64,000 nt of DNA from Minisyncoccota bacterium (GCA_028716745.1 JAQUPE010000001.1:30203-94202); one strand, 5' to 3'; numbered from the stretch's first letter, positions 30,012-39,522 are shown. A program made the numbers and translations. The notes: generated by a model from the letters alone, not told the origin.

Positions 30012-30083
30012 GGACGCATAGTTTATCGGTAAAACGTCGCATTCACATTGCGAAGACGATAGGTTCGACTCCTATTGCGTCCA
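30012..30083 (+). tRNA. tRNA-Val (CAC)
   Basis: Manual fold: acceptor ggacgca/tgcgtcc (perfect), D-stem gttt/aaac with atcGGta loop, anticodon stem tcgca/tgcga with loop ttCACat, T-arm atagg-ttcgact-cctat, discriminator A. Confidence 0.7.
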
Positions 30084-30203
30084 CAACGAGGTCACAGGTT
30101 TCCTGCCCGGCCGTAGCCCCGTAACGCGGGGCGAAGGAGGGGATCCCTGTATTGTCCACAGAAAATCGCTTTAATTGTGGGTTTTTGGTAGAATTATTAA
30201 AAC

Positions 30204-31070
30204 ATGAAAGAATCTGTTATTCCAAAATTAACTAACGACTCTTTGGCCAGACAGCTTATCTCTTTGTATGAGACATTCAAAGACAAAGATTTAAAAAATA
30301 ATGAGGATATAAATTTTAGTTTGTCTGAGTTGGATTGGGCTTGCCCTCTTTTAATTTTGCCCGTTGCCTCTTATATTGCTAGTACAAATAGTAATTATTT
30401 AATTGATGACGATAATAAGATTAAATCTTATTTAGAGACAATCAAATTTCCAGATGGCATTAATTCTGTTTCTGATTTTAAAAAGCGAATATTTAAAAGT
30501 AAAAATTATATACCAATTAGTATTTTGAAAAGAGAAGGCTCTATCGAGCGCGAAAGACTCGAAAGTATATTCACGGAGTTGATTTATAAAATTGTGGATA
30601 GGGCTAATGTTAAGGGATTAAAAAATGTTATTTGCCACCCCATTGCAGAATTGGTAACAAATATATTTGAACATAGTAAGAAGGATGAAGGATTCGTTTT
30701 TGGACAATATTATAAAAATAAAAATATATTAGAAATATGTATAGTTGATAGAGGAAGGGGATTGGCCAATGCATATCAACAGGAGAATGAATTAAAATTA
30801 TCGGACGAAGAGGCTATTGGCGAAGTTATGAAGGGGCACTCTACTAAACCAGATAAGGAAAGGGGTTATGGAGTCAGAACCTCAAAAAAAATCGTTTGTG
30901 GGGCACTAGGCGGCGAGTTTGTTATTTTATCTGGCTCTGCTGCATTAATATCTACTAAAGAAAAAGACAGATTGATAGCTTTGCCAAATTTCTATTGGCA
31001 AGGCGTTGTGGTTGCCTATAGGATACCCATACCCGAGACACCAGTTGATATTAGCCCATATTTAGAGTAG
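30204..31070 (+). CDS. GHKL-type (histidine-kinase/anti-sigma-kinase-like) ATPase domain protein with unknown N-terminal domain
   Basis: Bergerat-fold motifs: N-box AELVTNIFEHS, G1 VDRGRGL, G2 ERGYGVRT; AT-rich gene. Confidence 0.55.
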   Translation: MKESVIPKLTNDSLARQLISLYETFKDKDLKNNEDINFSLSELDWACPLLILPVASYIASTNSNYLIDDDNKIKSYLETIKFPDGINSVSDFKKRIFKSKNYIPISILKREGSIERERLESIFTELIYKIVDRANVKGLKNVICHPIAELVTNIFEHSKKDEGFVFGQYYKNKNILEICIVDRGRGLANAYQQENELKLSDEEAIGEVMKGHSTKPDKERGYGVRTSKKIVCGALGGEFVILSGSAALISTKEKDRLIALPNFYWQGVVVAYRIPIPETPVDISPYLE

Positions 31071-31093
31071 GCTGTTATTTCTTATGTTATAAT

Positions 31094-31480
31094 ATGAATA
31101 TATATAAATTAATAACTAAAATTATGAATAAGAGTCCTAAGGTCGTTATAAAAGTAGCTAAAGTGTTAGCTCCGATATTAGGTTCGCGAGATGTAATTGA
31201 TTCTCTTAAATCTTACATATTGAAATCTAATGAAAAGATGGTGGTTTTGGATTTTAAAGATGTGCAATTTATTTCTCGCTCAGCTGCGCATGAGCTCCTT
31301 TTGATTAAAGAAGAATTATCTCAAAAAAATAAAGAATTGTCTTTTGAGAATACGAATGATGATATTGCTGAGATGTTGCGAGTAGTAGCTGCAAATAGAG
31401 CATTGCCAAAGTCTGAAAAGATACAATTTAGGCCCGAAAAGATTAATATAAATTCTTTAAAAAAAGAAGTGCTTGCTTAA
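31094..31480 (+). CDS. STAS-like (anti-sigma-antagonist-like, DUF4325-type) protein
   Basis: VVLDFKDVQFISRSAAHELLLIKEEL resembles the STAS core; immediately follows the GHKL ATPase gene. Confidence 0.4.
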   Translation: MNIYKLITKIMNKSPKVVIKVAKVLAPILGSRDVIDSLKSYILKSNEKMVVLDFKDVQFISRSAAHELLLIKEELSQKNKELSFENTNDDIAEMLRVVAANRALPKSEKIQFRPEKININSLKKEVLA

Positions 31481-31536
31481 TAGTTTGTTTAATTGATGTT
31501 TCGGGTTGGTTACAATTAGATAAAAAATAATAATTT

Positions 31537-32238
31537 ATGATATTATTTCGTTTTATTTTTGCAATTTTAATTTCACCATTTAGGTGGATTACAAATATTT
31601 TTAAGCATAAAGATAATGTTTTGGAATGGCATTTTAACTACGGGCCGTCCTTTGTAAAAGTACAAACAAAATATAAAGAACAATTTTTAGCTGATGATTT
31701 ATTAATAGCTAGTTACATCCTTTTTTTAGCTAGATATTTTTATATTTGTGACGATAGACAAATAAATATAATTAAAGATTCTTTATTAAACTCAGTAAAA
31801 GAGTCTGAGAAACCGAAAGAAATTACTGTTAAATTTTATAAATCCATATTTCACACATTAAGCCAAGCGGAACAAAATGCAGTAGCGGCATTATTTAGGC
31901 CTTTTTCATTTTTACCTACTCCACCCCTTACATACTCCGAAAATGAAGAACCCAAACATTCATTTGCTAAATATTCATTTTTGATTTTTAAAATTGGTAA
32001 TCAATTGGTTGCAAATTTTCACATGTCTTATGGACCAGATATTATATTACTTCCTTTAACTTGTGGGATTTTATATGAATATATTACAAATACAATTAGG
32101 AATAAAGACAAGAAAGAGAAGTTAGATCAGTCAATAATCGATTTATTAGAAGCTTATAAATTTATAGATTGTCGTTCATTCGAAGGACTTAGGGAATTGC
32201 CAGTTAAAATTATTAATAAAAATAATTTAAATTATTAA
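31537..32238 (+). CDS. hypothetical protein (no recognisable motif), third gene of the AT-rich island
   Basis: 233-aa ORF, hydrophobic N-terminus, very AT-rich; followed by the hairpin tccgcatttaatgcgga + T-run. Confidence 0.4.
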   Translation: MILFRFIFAILISPFRWITNIFKHKDNVLEWHFNYGPSFVKVQTKYKEQFLADDLLIASYILFLARYFYICDDRQINIIKDSLLNSVKESEKPKEITVKFYKSIFHTLSQAEQNAVAALFRPFSFLPTPPLTYSENEEPKHSFAKYSFLIFKIGNQLVANFHMSYGPDIILLPLTCGILYEYITNTIRNKDKKEKLDQSIIDLLEAYKFIDCRSFEGLRELPVKIINKNNLNY

Positions 32239-32598
32239 AAGATAATTTTCTAATCATTAGTACTATAAAAGTGAGGAAATTCCCTCTGTTAATATCTTTT
32301 CAGAGAACCCCCATTTATCCGCATTTAATGCGGATTTTTTATCCACTTTATTATCTTTACAATGGGGAGAAGTGGAGTAATATAAATCTTAGGTGGGGGA
32401 AAGTGGATAACTATGGGGATAACTACCGAATCTGGGGATAAGTATTCCGTTGTCCTCTTATTTCAACCCACTTCGCGAATCCAGCGATTCGCTCGTTTGT
32501 CCTCGCTGATTCGTCCGCTGCGAGCGGAACCATGCCGAATCAGCTCCGGGGGTTTCAATAAGAGAACAACTACATTTTAAAATTTAAATAAGAAAAAT

Positions 32599-33030
32599 AT
32601 GTTTATTGGAGAATTCCAACATAATATAGACGTAAAGGGCAGGGTTGCCGTTCCTGCTAAATTCCGACAGCAATTAGGCACGGGTGCAATTATCACTCGC
32701 GGGCTTGATGGCTGTCTTTTTGTTTACACGGCGAAAGAGTGGGAGCTATTGGCGGAAAAAATAAAATCAATGTCTTTGCTTAAATCCGATGCGCGCGCTT
32801 TTGCCAGATTGATGTTTGCCGGAGCTGTTGATGTGGATATAGATTCGCAGGGGAGAATATTGGTTCCAGAATATCTTAGAAAATACGCAAATTTAAATAA
32901 AGAAACTTTTATAACGGGATTATTCAATCGTTTTGAAATATGGGATAAGGAAAATTGGAAAAAATATAAATCAAAAACAGAATCGTCTTCGGACGATATA
33001 GCCGAAAAATTAGGGGAGTTAGGAATATAA
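32599..33030 (+). CDS. mraZ: transcriptional regulator MraZ
   Basis: MFIGEFQHNIDVKGRVAVPAKFRQQLG, duplicated MraZ/SpoVT-AbrB half-domains. Confidence 0.9.
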   Translation: MFIGEFQHNIDVKGRVAVPAKFRQQLGTGAIITRGLDGCLFVYTAKEWELLAEKIKSMSLLKSDARAFARLMFAGAVDVDIDSQGRILVPEYLRKYANLNKETFITGLFNRFEIWDKENWKKYKSKTESSSDDIAEKLGELGI

Positions 33031-33034
33031 AACA

Positions 33035-33916
33035 ATGCATGTCCCTGTTCTTTTACTGGAAACAATAGCGCTGCTGGATCCGAAACAAGGAGAATTTTTC
33101 ATAGACGGGACATTGGGCGGGGGAGGACATTCAAAAATTATTTTAGACAAGATAGGAAAGACCGGAAAATTATTGGTTGTTGATCTGGATAAAAAGGCCA
33201 CAGATCAATTCAAGGAAGAAACAGCGGCAGAAAATGTAATTATCGCGAACGACAATTTTGCCAAGCTTCCGGAAATTCTGAAAAAACATAAATTGAGAAG
33301 GGCGGACGGATTGATTCTGGATTTAGGATTTTCTTCGGACCAGATTGAGCTGTCGGGCAGAGGATTTAGTTTTCTGAGAGACGAGCCGCTGCTGATGACA
33401 TACAGCGACGAGAACGAACCGCTTTACCAATTGCTGACGAGAATGAAACAGGAGGAGATAGAAGCGGTCATCAGAGATTATGGAGACGAAAGATATGCCG
33501 GAAGAATTGCGCGGGAGATAAGAGAAAAAATCAGAAGGAGAGAAATTATAAGAAGCAGCAAGGAATTGGCGGATCTGATAAAGAGAGCGGTGCCGGCAAA
33601 TTATGAACACGGAAGAATCCATCCGGCGACAAGAACTTTCCAGGCATTCAGGATTTACGCGAACAAAGAAGTTGAAAATTTGGAAAGCGTTTTGGCCAAT
33701 ATCGGAAAGATTGTTACAAAAGGCGGAAGGGTGGCGGTAATATCGTTTCATTCATTAGAGGACAGAATAGTAAAAAATTATTTTAGAAATTACGCAAAAG
33801 AACAAAAGGTCGAAATACTAACAGACAAGCCGGTTACGGCAAGCATCGCGGAGGTTTCGCAAAATCCGCGCAGCCGATCGGCAAAACTCAGAGCAGTAAA
33901 AATTTTAAAATCATGA
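33035..33916 (+). CDS. rsmH: 16S rRNA (cytosine1402-N4)-methyltransferase
   Basis: MHVPVLLLETIALLDP...IDGTLGGGGHS. Confidence 0.92.
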   Translation: MHVPVLLLETIALLDPKQGEFFIDGTLGGGGHSKIILDKIGKTGKLLVVDLDKKATDQFKEETAAENVIIANDNFAKLPEILKKHKLRRADGLILDLGFSSDQIELSGRGFSFLRDEPLLMTYSDENEPLYQLLTRMKQEEIEAVIRDYGDERYAGRIAREIREKIRRREIIRSSKELADLIKRAVPANYEHGRIHPATRTFQAFRIYANKEVENLESVLANIGKIVTKGGRVAVISFHSLEDRIVKNYFRNYAKEQKVEILTDKPVTASIAEVSQNPRSRSAKLRAVKILKS

Positions 33917-34224
33917 CAATCATAGAACCAAATAAACATAAATATAATCCGAGCTCCGGATTTATTTTGGTGGCGGGATTCATAGTTTTATCTGCTTTTC
34001 TCAGCATTAATTTTTATAATAAAAACGTCAACTTACGCCATTTAATTACTTCTAACACAAAAAACTTGCAGGAAATGCAGGTGTCTAATGCTGAGTTTAA
34101 AGATAAACTTTACAGCGTATTAGCTCCGGAAAATATAAAGTCTCTCGCCCAAAGCCTTAATTTAGTCCAAGAAAAAAGGCCGGAATATATAAACAGCGGT
34201 TTAGAACCCTTAGCTCGCAATTAA
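33913..34224 (+). CDS. ftsL: FtsL-like cell-division membrane protein
   Basis: Small single-transmembrane protein in the conserved slot between rsmH and ftsI. Confidence 0.5.
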   Translation: MTIIEPNKHKYNPSSGFILVAGFIVLSAFLSINFYNKNVNLRHLITSNTKNLQEMQVSNAEFKDKLYSVLAPENIKSLAQSLNLVQEKRPEYINSGLEPLARN

Positions 34225-34240
34225 TAGGGAAAATACGATT

Positions 34241-35890
34241 ATGTGGGGGCGACTATCATTCTTATCCATAGCATTTATTTTGGTGTATTGTACGCTGATT
34301 TTTCAGGTTTATAGCTTGCAAATCAGCAATGGAGATATTTATATAACCAAAGCAGAAGAGCAGAATAAAACACTGGAATTTTTAAAGGCGCTCAGAGGCG
34401 CTATTTATTTTACGGATAAAAATGATAATAGAACGCCCGTAGCCTTAAATAAGAATTACCCGACTATTTACGCTGTTCCGGAAAAGATTCAGGATCCGGC
34501 GGATGCGGCAAGCAAAATCTCAGCCCTTTTGGGACTGGATAAGGCGAAGCTGTTGGAAATGTTTTCAAAACAAAACGATCCTTACGAATCTATTTTGAAG
34601 AAAGCGACAACCGAACAGGCGAGAGCGGCAATGGATCTCGGCATAAAGGGGATTTATATAACCGATGAAAATTTCAGGCTTTATCAATTTAATAATTTAG
34701 GAGCGACGGTGCTTGGCTTTATAGCGCCGACTGCCGACAACGACGTGCCGAAAGGAAAATACGGAATAGAATCTTATTTTAACGATCAGCTTAGCGGAGA
34801 GAATGGGAGGATAAAAGGCGATACGGTGGAAAACTCCAATCCGGGCGAGGAAATAGTTTTGACAATAGATTTGAATATTCAAACGAAGGCGCAGGAGGTT
34901 TTATCGGCGTTAGTTGAAAAATATAATGCCGAAAGCGGAACTATTATAGTTCAGGATCCTTATACAGGAAAGATTTTGGCTATGGAAAACGCCCCGAGCT
35001 TTGATCCGAATAATTACGCCGATTTTAAACTAAAAGATTTTATGAATCCTGCCGTCCAATCTATTTATGAGCCGGGCTCTGTTTTCAAATTAGTTACGAT
35101 GTCCGCAGGAATTGATTCCGGAAATTTAACGCCGGACACCACCTTTGTTGATAAAGGGTTTGTTAAATTAAACGGCCGGACAATCAAGAACTGGGATGAT
35201 AAAGCATACGGGAAAATAACAATGACAGGAGTTATTGAAAATTCCGTGAACACCGGAGCGGTTTACGCGGAAAAACTGATGGGCAACGATGTTTTTTATA
35301 ATTATTTGATTAAATTCGGGCTTAACGAAAAAACCGGAATTAAATTGCCCGGAGAAATAAACGGAGATATAAGAAAATTAAAGACAAGCTATAAAGATGT
35401 TGATTTCGCGACTGCTTCTTTCGGGCAGGGCGTGGCGGTAACTCCTTTGCAGATGATAAGTGTTGTTTCTACCATAGCAAACGGCGGAACGCTTATGAAG
35501 CCGATTATTATTTCCGGAGACAAGCCTCAGGAAGTAAGAAGAGTTATTTCCAATGAAACAGCTTTGAAAGTTAAAGATATGATGGTGGCGGCTGTAATAA
35601 AAAATAAAATGGCCATAATCCCTAATTATTATGCGGCGGGAAAAACCGGAACAGCCCAGGCTCCGGACTTTAAAAACGGAGGATATTTGGATGAATATAA
35701 TCATACCTTTGTCGGTTTTTTGCCTGCTAATAATCCAAAATTTGCGGTTCTGATAAGGCTTGAGAAGCCGAAGGGCGTAAGAGTGGCAAACGCGACAGTG
35801 GCGCCCGCATTTAAGGATTTGGCGGAGTTTATAATAAATTACTATAATATTCCTCCCGATTATGTAGATAAGCCTTTAACCAAAAAATAA
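34241..35890 (+). CDS. ftsI: penicillin-binding transpeptidase (FtsI/PBP2-type class B)
   Basis: SxxK (PGSVFK), SxN (ENSVNT), KTG (AGKTGTA) motifs; N-terminal transmembrane anchor. Confidence 0.85.
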   Translation: MWGRLSFLSIAFILVYCTLIFQVYSLQISNGDIYITKAEEQNKTLEFLKALRGAIYFTDKNDNRTPVALNKNYPTIYAVPEKIQDPADAASKISALLGLDKAKLLEMFSKQNDPYESILKKATTEQARAAMDLGIKGIYITDENFRLYQFNNLGATVLGFIAPTADNDVPKGKYGIESYFNDQLSGENGRIKGDTVENSNPGEEIVLTIDLNIQTKAQEVLSALVEKYNAESGTIIVQDPYTGKILAMENAPSFDPNNYADFKLKDFMNPAVQSIYEPGSVFKLVTMSAGIDSGNLTPDTTFVDKGFVKLNGRTIKNWDDKAYGKITMTGVIENSVNTGAVYAEKLMGNDVFYNYLIKFGLNEKTGIKLPGEINGDIRKLKTSYKDVDFATASFGQGVAVTPLQMISVVSTIANGGTLMKPIIISGDKPQEVRRVISNETALKVKDMMVAAVIKNKMAIIPNYYAAGKTGTAQAPDFKNGGYLDEYNHTFVGFLPANNPKFAVLIRLEKPKGVRVANATVAPAFKDLAEFIINYYNIPPDYVDKPLTKK

Positions 35891-35893
35891 TAT

Positions 35894-37123
35894 ATGAAAG
35901 ACACATTAAAAAAATTATTAGAGAAGACAATAAAATATCTGGCTGGAAGGATGATTAAGAAATATCAGCCCGGAATTATAGCAGTTACAGGAAGCGTCGG
36001 TAAAACTTCCACTAAGGAGGCTATTTACGCGGCTTTGATTAAATCCAGAACAGTCAGGGCGAGCGGAGGGAACTTTAACAATGAGCTTGGAATGCCCTTA
36101 ACGATTTTAGGCGATTGGAAGAAAATTGAAGGCAAATTTTTTTGGATAAAAGTTATTTTTTCATCTTTGATAAAACTGATTTTCAAGGTTAAATATCCCG
36201 AAGCGTTGATTTTGGAATATGCCGCGGCCAAGCCGGGGGATATGAAATATCTTTTGGATATTGCCAGGCCGACGGTAAGCGTTGTCACGGCAATCGGGGA
36301 TATTCCTGTTCATGTGGAATTTTTCAGCGGACCGGAAGCGATAGCTCGTGAGAAGGCAAAAATAGTTGAAGTTTTACCGACTACAAGTTTTGCTATTTTG
36401 AATTTTGACGATCAGGCGGTTTTGGATATGAAACAGCGGACAAGAGCGCATGTTATTACTTACGGATTCGGCGACGGAGCGGAAATACAGATAACCAATT
36501 TTGAAAATAGAATGGACGGAAACAAGCCGGCGGGAATTTCTTTTAAATTGAATTATGGAGGCAGTTTTGTGCCGATCCGTTTGGATAATTGTTTCGGCAA
36601 GGCGCAGGCTTATGCCGCCGCTGCTGCAACCGCGGTGGGAATAATTTATGGAGTTAATATAGTGAAAATAGCGGAAGCGCTTTTGGAATATGAATCTCCG
36701 GAAAGGAGGGGCAAATTGATTGAAGGAATAAAATATACTTATATTCTTGATGATTCTTATAATGCTTCGCCATTATCCATGCACGCAGCTATTGAAACCG
36801 TGAAATCTTTGAAGGCGGCGAGAAAAATCGCCGTATTGGGAGATATGCTGGAAATAGGAAAATATACCGTAGAGGCGCACGAAACAATCGGCGAATTGGC
36901 GGGAAAAGTTTTTGATATTTTAATAACTGTCGGAGGCAGGGCGAAATTTATTGCCGAAACTGCGGGGAAATCCGGAATAGCAAAAAAGAATATTTATAGC
37001 TTTGATACGGCAGATGATGCCAAGCTGAAAGTCCAAGAGCTTATTAAGAAAGGGGATTTGATTTTAATTAAGGCGTCTCACGCGATGGAGCTGGATAAAG
37101 TTGTAGAGGAAATAAAAGCATAG
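35894..37123 (+). CDS. murF: UDP-MurNAc-tripeptide--D-Ala-D-Ala ligase (MurF-type Mur ligase)
   Basis: P-loop VTGSVGKTSTKE; the DDSYNASPLSM motif is characteristic of MurF; no murE between ftsI and this gene. Confidence 0.7.
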   Translation: MKDTLKKLLEKTIKYLAGRMIKKYQPGIIAVTGSVGKTSTKEAIYAALIKSRTVRASGGNFNNELGMPLTILGDWKKIEGKFFWIKVIFSSLIKLIFKVKYPEALILEYAAAKPGDMKYLLDIARPTVSVVTAIGDIPVHVEFFSGPEAIAREKAKIVEVLPTTSFAILNFDDQAVLDMKQRTRAHVITYGFGDGAEIQITNFENRMDGNKPAGISFKLNYGGSFVPIRLDNCFGKAQAYAAAAATAVGIIYGVNIVKIAEALLEYESPERRGKLIEGIKYTYILDDSYNASPLSMHAAIETVKSLKAARKIAVLGDMLEIGKYTVEAHETIGELAGKVFDILITVGGRAKFIAETAGKSGIAKKNIYSFDTADDAKLKVQELIKKGDLILIKASHAMELDKVVEEIKA

Positions 37124-37138
37124 TAAGATATTTGCGAT

Positions 37139-37210
37139 GGCCCCATCGTCTAGTGGCTAGGACGTATCCTTCTCAAGGATAAAACTCGGGTTCGATTCCC
37201 GATAGGGCTA
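37139..37210 (+). tRNA. tRNA-Glu (CTC)
   Basis: D-arm gtct-agtggcta-ggac is typical of tRNA-Glu; anticodon stem tatcc/ggata with loop ttCTCaa; T-arm tcggg-ttcgatt-cccga; one A-C mismatch in the acceptor stem. Confidence 0.55.
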
Positions 37211-37243
37211 CAAATATATTCCTTTTGTGATAATATTTATCCA

Positions 37244-37600
37244 ATGACAAGACTTTTTAATATTCCCCAGATAATAAAGGACAGGTTTGTGTCTTTTTCT
37301 TTTTTGGCCAGCTTTATCTTATTGGCTATTTCTTTCGGCGTTGCTTTTATCAATATGGATAATATGTCTAATGTGCTGGTAATCCATCTTGATAGCTATA
37401 AAGGAATAGATTTTTTTGGCGATAAAAACGATATTTTAAGCATTCTGGCATTTGGCGCGCTGGTAATTGCTCTTAACGGCATCTTGGCCAATACGCTTTA
37501 TCTAAGGGAGCGTTTTTTGTCTTATGTACTGGCGTTTTCAAGTGCTCTATTCTCTCTGTTGATATTTATGGGAATACTTGCTATTATATCAATTAATTAA
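37244..37600 (+). CDS. hypothetical integral membrane protein
   Basis: ORF with three or more hydrophobic helices. Confidence 0.4.
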   Translation: MTRLFNIPQIIKDRFVSFSFLASFILLAISFGVAFINMDNMSNVLVIHLDSYKGIDFFGDKNDILSILAFGALVIALNGILANTLYLRERFLSYVLAFSSALFSLLIFMGILAIISIN

Positions 37601-37601
37601 T

Positions 37602-37913
37602 ATGTCATTCGCAATTATAGAAACCGGGAGCAAACAATATAAGGTTTCCGCCGGTGATAAAATAAAAGTAGAAAAATTAGACGCCGAGGCCGGCGCCAAC
37701 TTGTCTTTGGATAAGGTTTTGTTGATAGCCGACGGAGAAGACGTGAAAATCGGCACTCCTTATTTGGAGAAGGCGAAAGTTGAGGCTAAAGTTTTGAGCC
37801 AAGGAAGACACGATAAAATAATAGTTTTCAAATATCATTCCAAGACCCGTTATCATAAAAAGAATGGGCACCGACAGCCATTCACCGAGTTAGAAATAGT
37901 TTCTATAAAATAG
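37602..37913 (+). CDS. rplU: 50S ribosomal protein bL21
   Basis: MSFAIIETGSKQYKVSAGDKIKVEKL; the track ORF starts further upstream at 37578 (MLLYQLIN...); the real start is likely the ATG at 37602. Confidence 0.88.
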   Translation: MSFAIIETGSKQYKVSAGDKIKVEKLDAEAGANLSLDKVLLIADGEDVKIGTPYLEKAKVEAKVLSQGRHDKIIVFKYHSKTRYHKKNGHRQPFTELEIVSIK

Positions 37914-38295
37914 TCCGACAAATGTCGGGCTATTTTTTTGGAAAAAAAGAGTACGTTAAAAATAAAATATAGGAGGGACTATGAATGTAGGGGTGAAGGT
38001 GAAAGTAAAGATTAAGGTGAAGATGAAAACTTACGGGTGGATGAAGCTGGAAGATTTCTTATCCATCTGGCAACGTCGTTTAATTCTGTATAACCAAAGT
38101 TTTCCCGCTTCAACTTGGGATAGGGCAGTGAATTTTATTACTCATAGCATCAATAAGATGTGCCCATATTGCGATCTTTGTATGGGCACTGCTACCTATC
38201 ATGTTAAATGTAAGCCTTATTATGTTGTGTATCCAGGAAGAGTTATGAAAAGACATTGCTATAAGAAGGGAATAAAAAGGAATTAGTTTAGTGCA

Positions 38296-38325
38296 GGGGC
38301 AACTCAGCCCCTTTTTTATTTGACT
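38296..38325 (+). terminator. rho-independent terminator
   Basis: ggggc-aactca-gcccc + T-run. Confidence 0.55.
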
Positions 38326-38418
38326 AGGCTGGTTTGAATAGTTAGTATTAAAAATCAAAATATTCAGATCTTTAAAATTAGAAAATAAAGCAAAATAAAT
38401 ATTCAAAGGAGAGGGGCC

Positions 38419-39522
38419 ATGAAGGGACCAGTTGGATTTGTAGGTTGGAGAGGGATGGTCGGATCGGTGCTGATGCAGAGGATGCTGGAAGAGAACGACT
38501 TCGTCGACATACCTGAGAGGCATTTTTTCAGTACTTCTCAGGTAGGCCAGAAGGGGCCGGACATTGCGGAAGGCCGGAAGCTGGAAGATGCCAACAGCGT
38601 AGAGGCGCTGAAGAAGTGCGAAATCATCGTTACTTGCCAGGGCGGGGACTGGACGAAAGAAATGTACCCGAAGATCCGGGCAGACGGCTGGAAGGGTATC
38701 TGGATTGACGCGGCCTCAACGCTGCGCATGGATCCGGAGAGCGTCATAGTTCTTGACCCGATTAACGGAGACCTGATTAAAAAGGCGATTAGCGACGGAT
38801 GCAAAACATTCGTCGGCGGCAATTGCACTGTCAGCTTGATGCTGATGGCGTGCCACGGCCTTTTTAAGAACAATCTGGTCGAGTGGGTGAGCTCTATGAC
38901 CTACCAGGCAGCTTCGGGCGCCGGCGCCAAGCATATGCAGGAACTGATTCGCCAGATGAAATTCATCGGCGAAAAGGTTGACCCTGCCACGACCGCGCTC
39001 GAGCTCGACAGGATAGTGACGGAAAGGATGGACCGCGCCGATTTTCCGAAGGAAAATTTCGGCGCTCCTTTAGCCGGCAGCTTGATTCCCTGGATTGATA
39101 TCGAGTGGGGCAGCGGCCGGACGAAGGAAGAGTGGAAGGGATACGCCGAGGCCAACAAGATTCTGGGAACCAAAACTCCTATTCCGATCGACGGACTTTG
39201 CGTTCGGGTGGGAGCCATGCGGTGCCACAGCCAGGCGTTGCTAATAAAGCTGACCCGCGACGTACCTCTGGATAAGCTGAAGTTCATGATCGGCAGAGAA
39301 GCGAACGAGTGGGCGAAGTATGTTTTCAACGACAAAAAGGAAACACTCGCGTCTCTCACTCCCGCTGCGGTATCCGGAACTCTGGACGTTGCCATCGGCC
39401 GTTTACATAAGGCTATGTATGGCCCGGAATATCTCCTTGCTTTTACGGTAGGCGATCAGCTCCTCTGGGGAGCAGCCGAACCGGTGAGAAGGACTCTGCA
39501 GATTTTCTTAGGAAATCTGTAA
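38419..39522 (+). CDS. asd: aspartate-semialdehyde dehydrogenase, E. coli/proteobacterial type (high G+C)
   Basis: High end-to-end similarity to E. coli Asd (VGFVGWRGMVGSVLMQRM..., IIVTCQGGD, TFVGGNCTVSLMLM, YQAASGAGA, GSLIPWID, GLCVRVGAMRCHSQ, AFTVGDQLLWGAAEP). Confidence 0.92.
   Translation: MKGPVGFVGWRGMVGSVLMQRMLEENDFVDIPERHFFSTSQVGQKGPDIAEGRKLEDANSVEALKKCEIIVTCQGGDWTKEMYPKIRADGWKGIWIDAASTLRMDPESVIVLDPINGDLIKKAISDGCKTFVGGNCTVSLMLMACHGLFKNNLVEWVSSMTYQAASGAGAKHMQELIRQMKFIGEKVDPATTALELDRIVTERMDRADFPKENFGAPLAGSLIPWIDIEWGSGRTKEEWKGYAEANKILGTKTPIPIDGLCVRVGAMRCHSQALLIKLTRDVPLDKLKFMIGREANEWAKYVFNDKKETLASLTPAAVSGTLDVAIGRLHKAMYGPEYLLAFTVGDQLLWGAAEPVRRTLQIFLGNL

Noticed and set aside
32560-32598. 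tRNA-like T-arm look-alike (ccgggggtttcaat)
   Set aside because: No complementary acceptor, D or anticodon arms could be built around it; treated as part of the structured mraZ-upstream element instead.
37981-38286. 101-aa ORF after rplU containing VKVKVKIKVKMK
   Set aside because: The N-terminus is encoded by a (GTGAAR)n hexanucleotide repeat; no SD; sits where rpmA would be expected but is not L27. Kept only as a mention in the asd finding; probably non-coding or a degenerate remnant.
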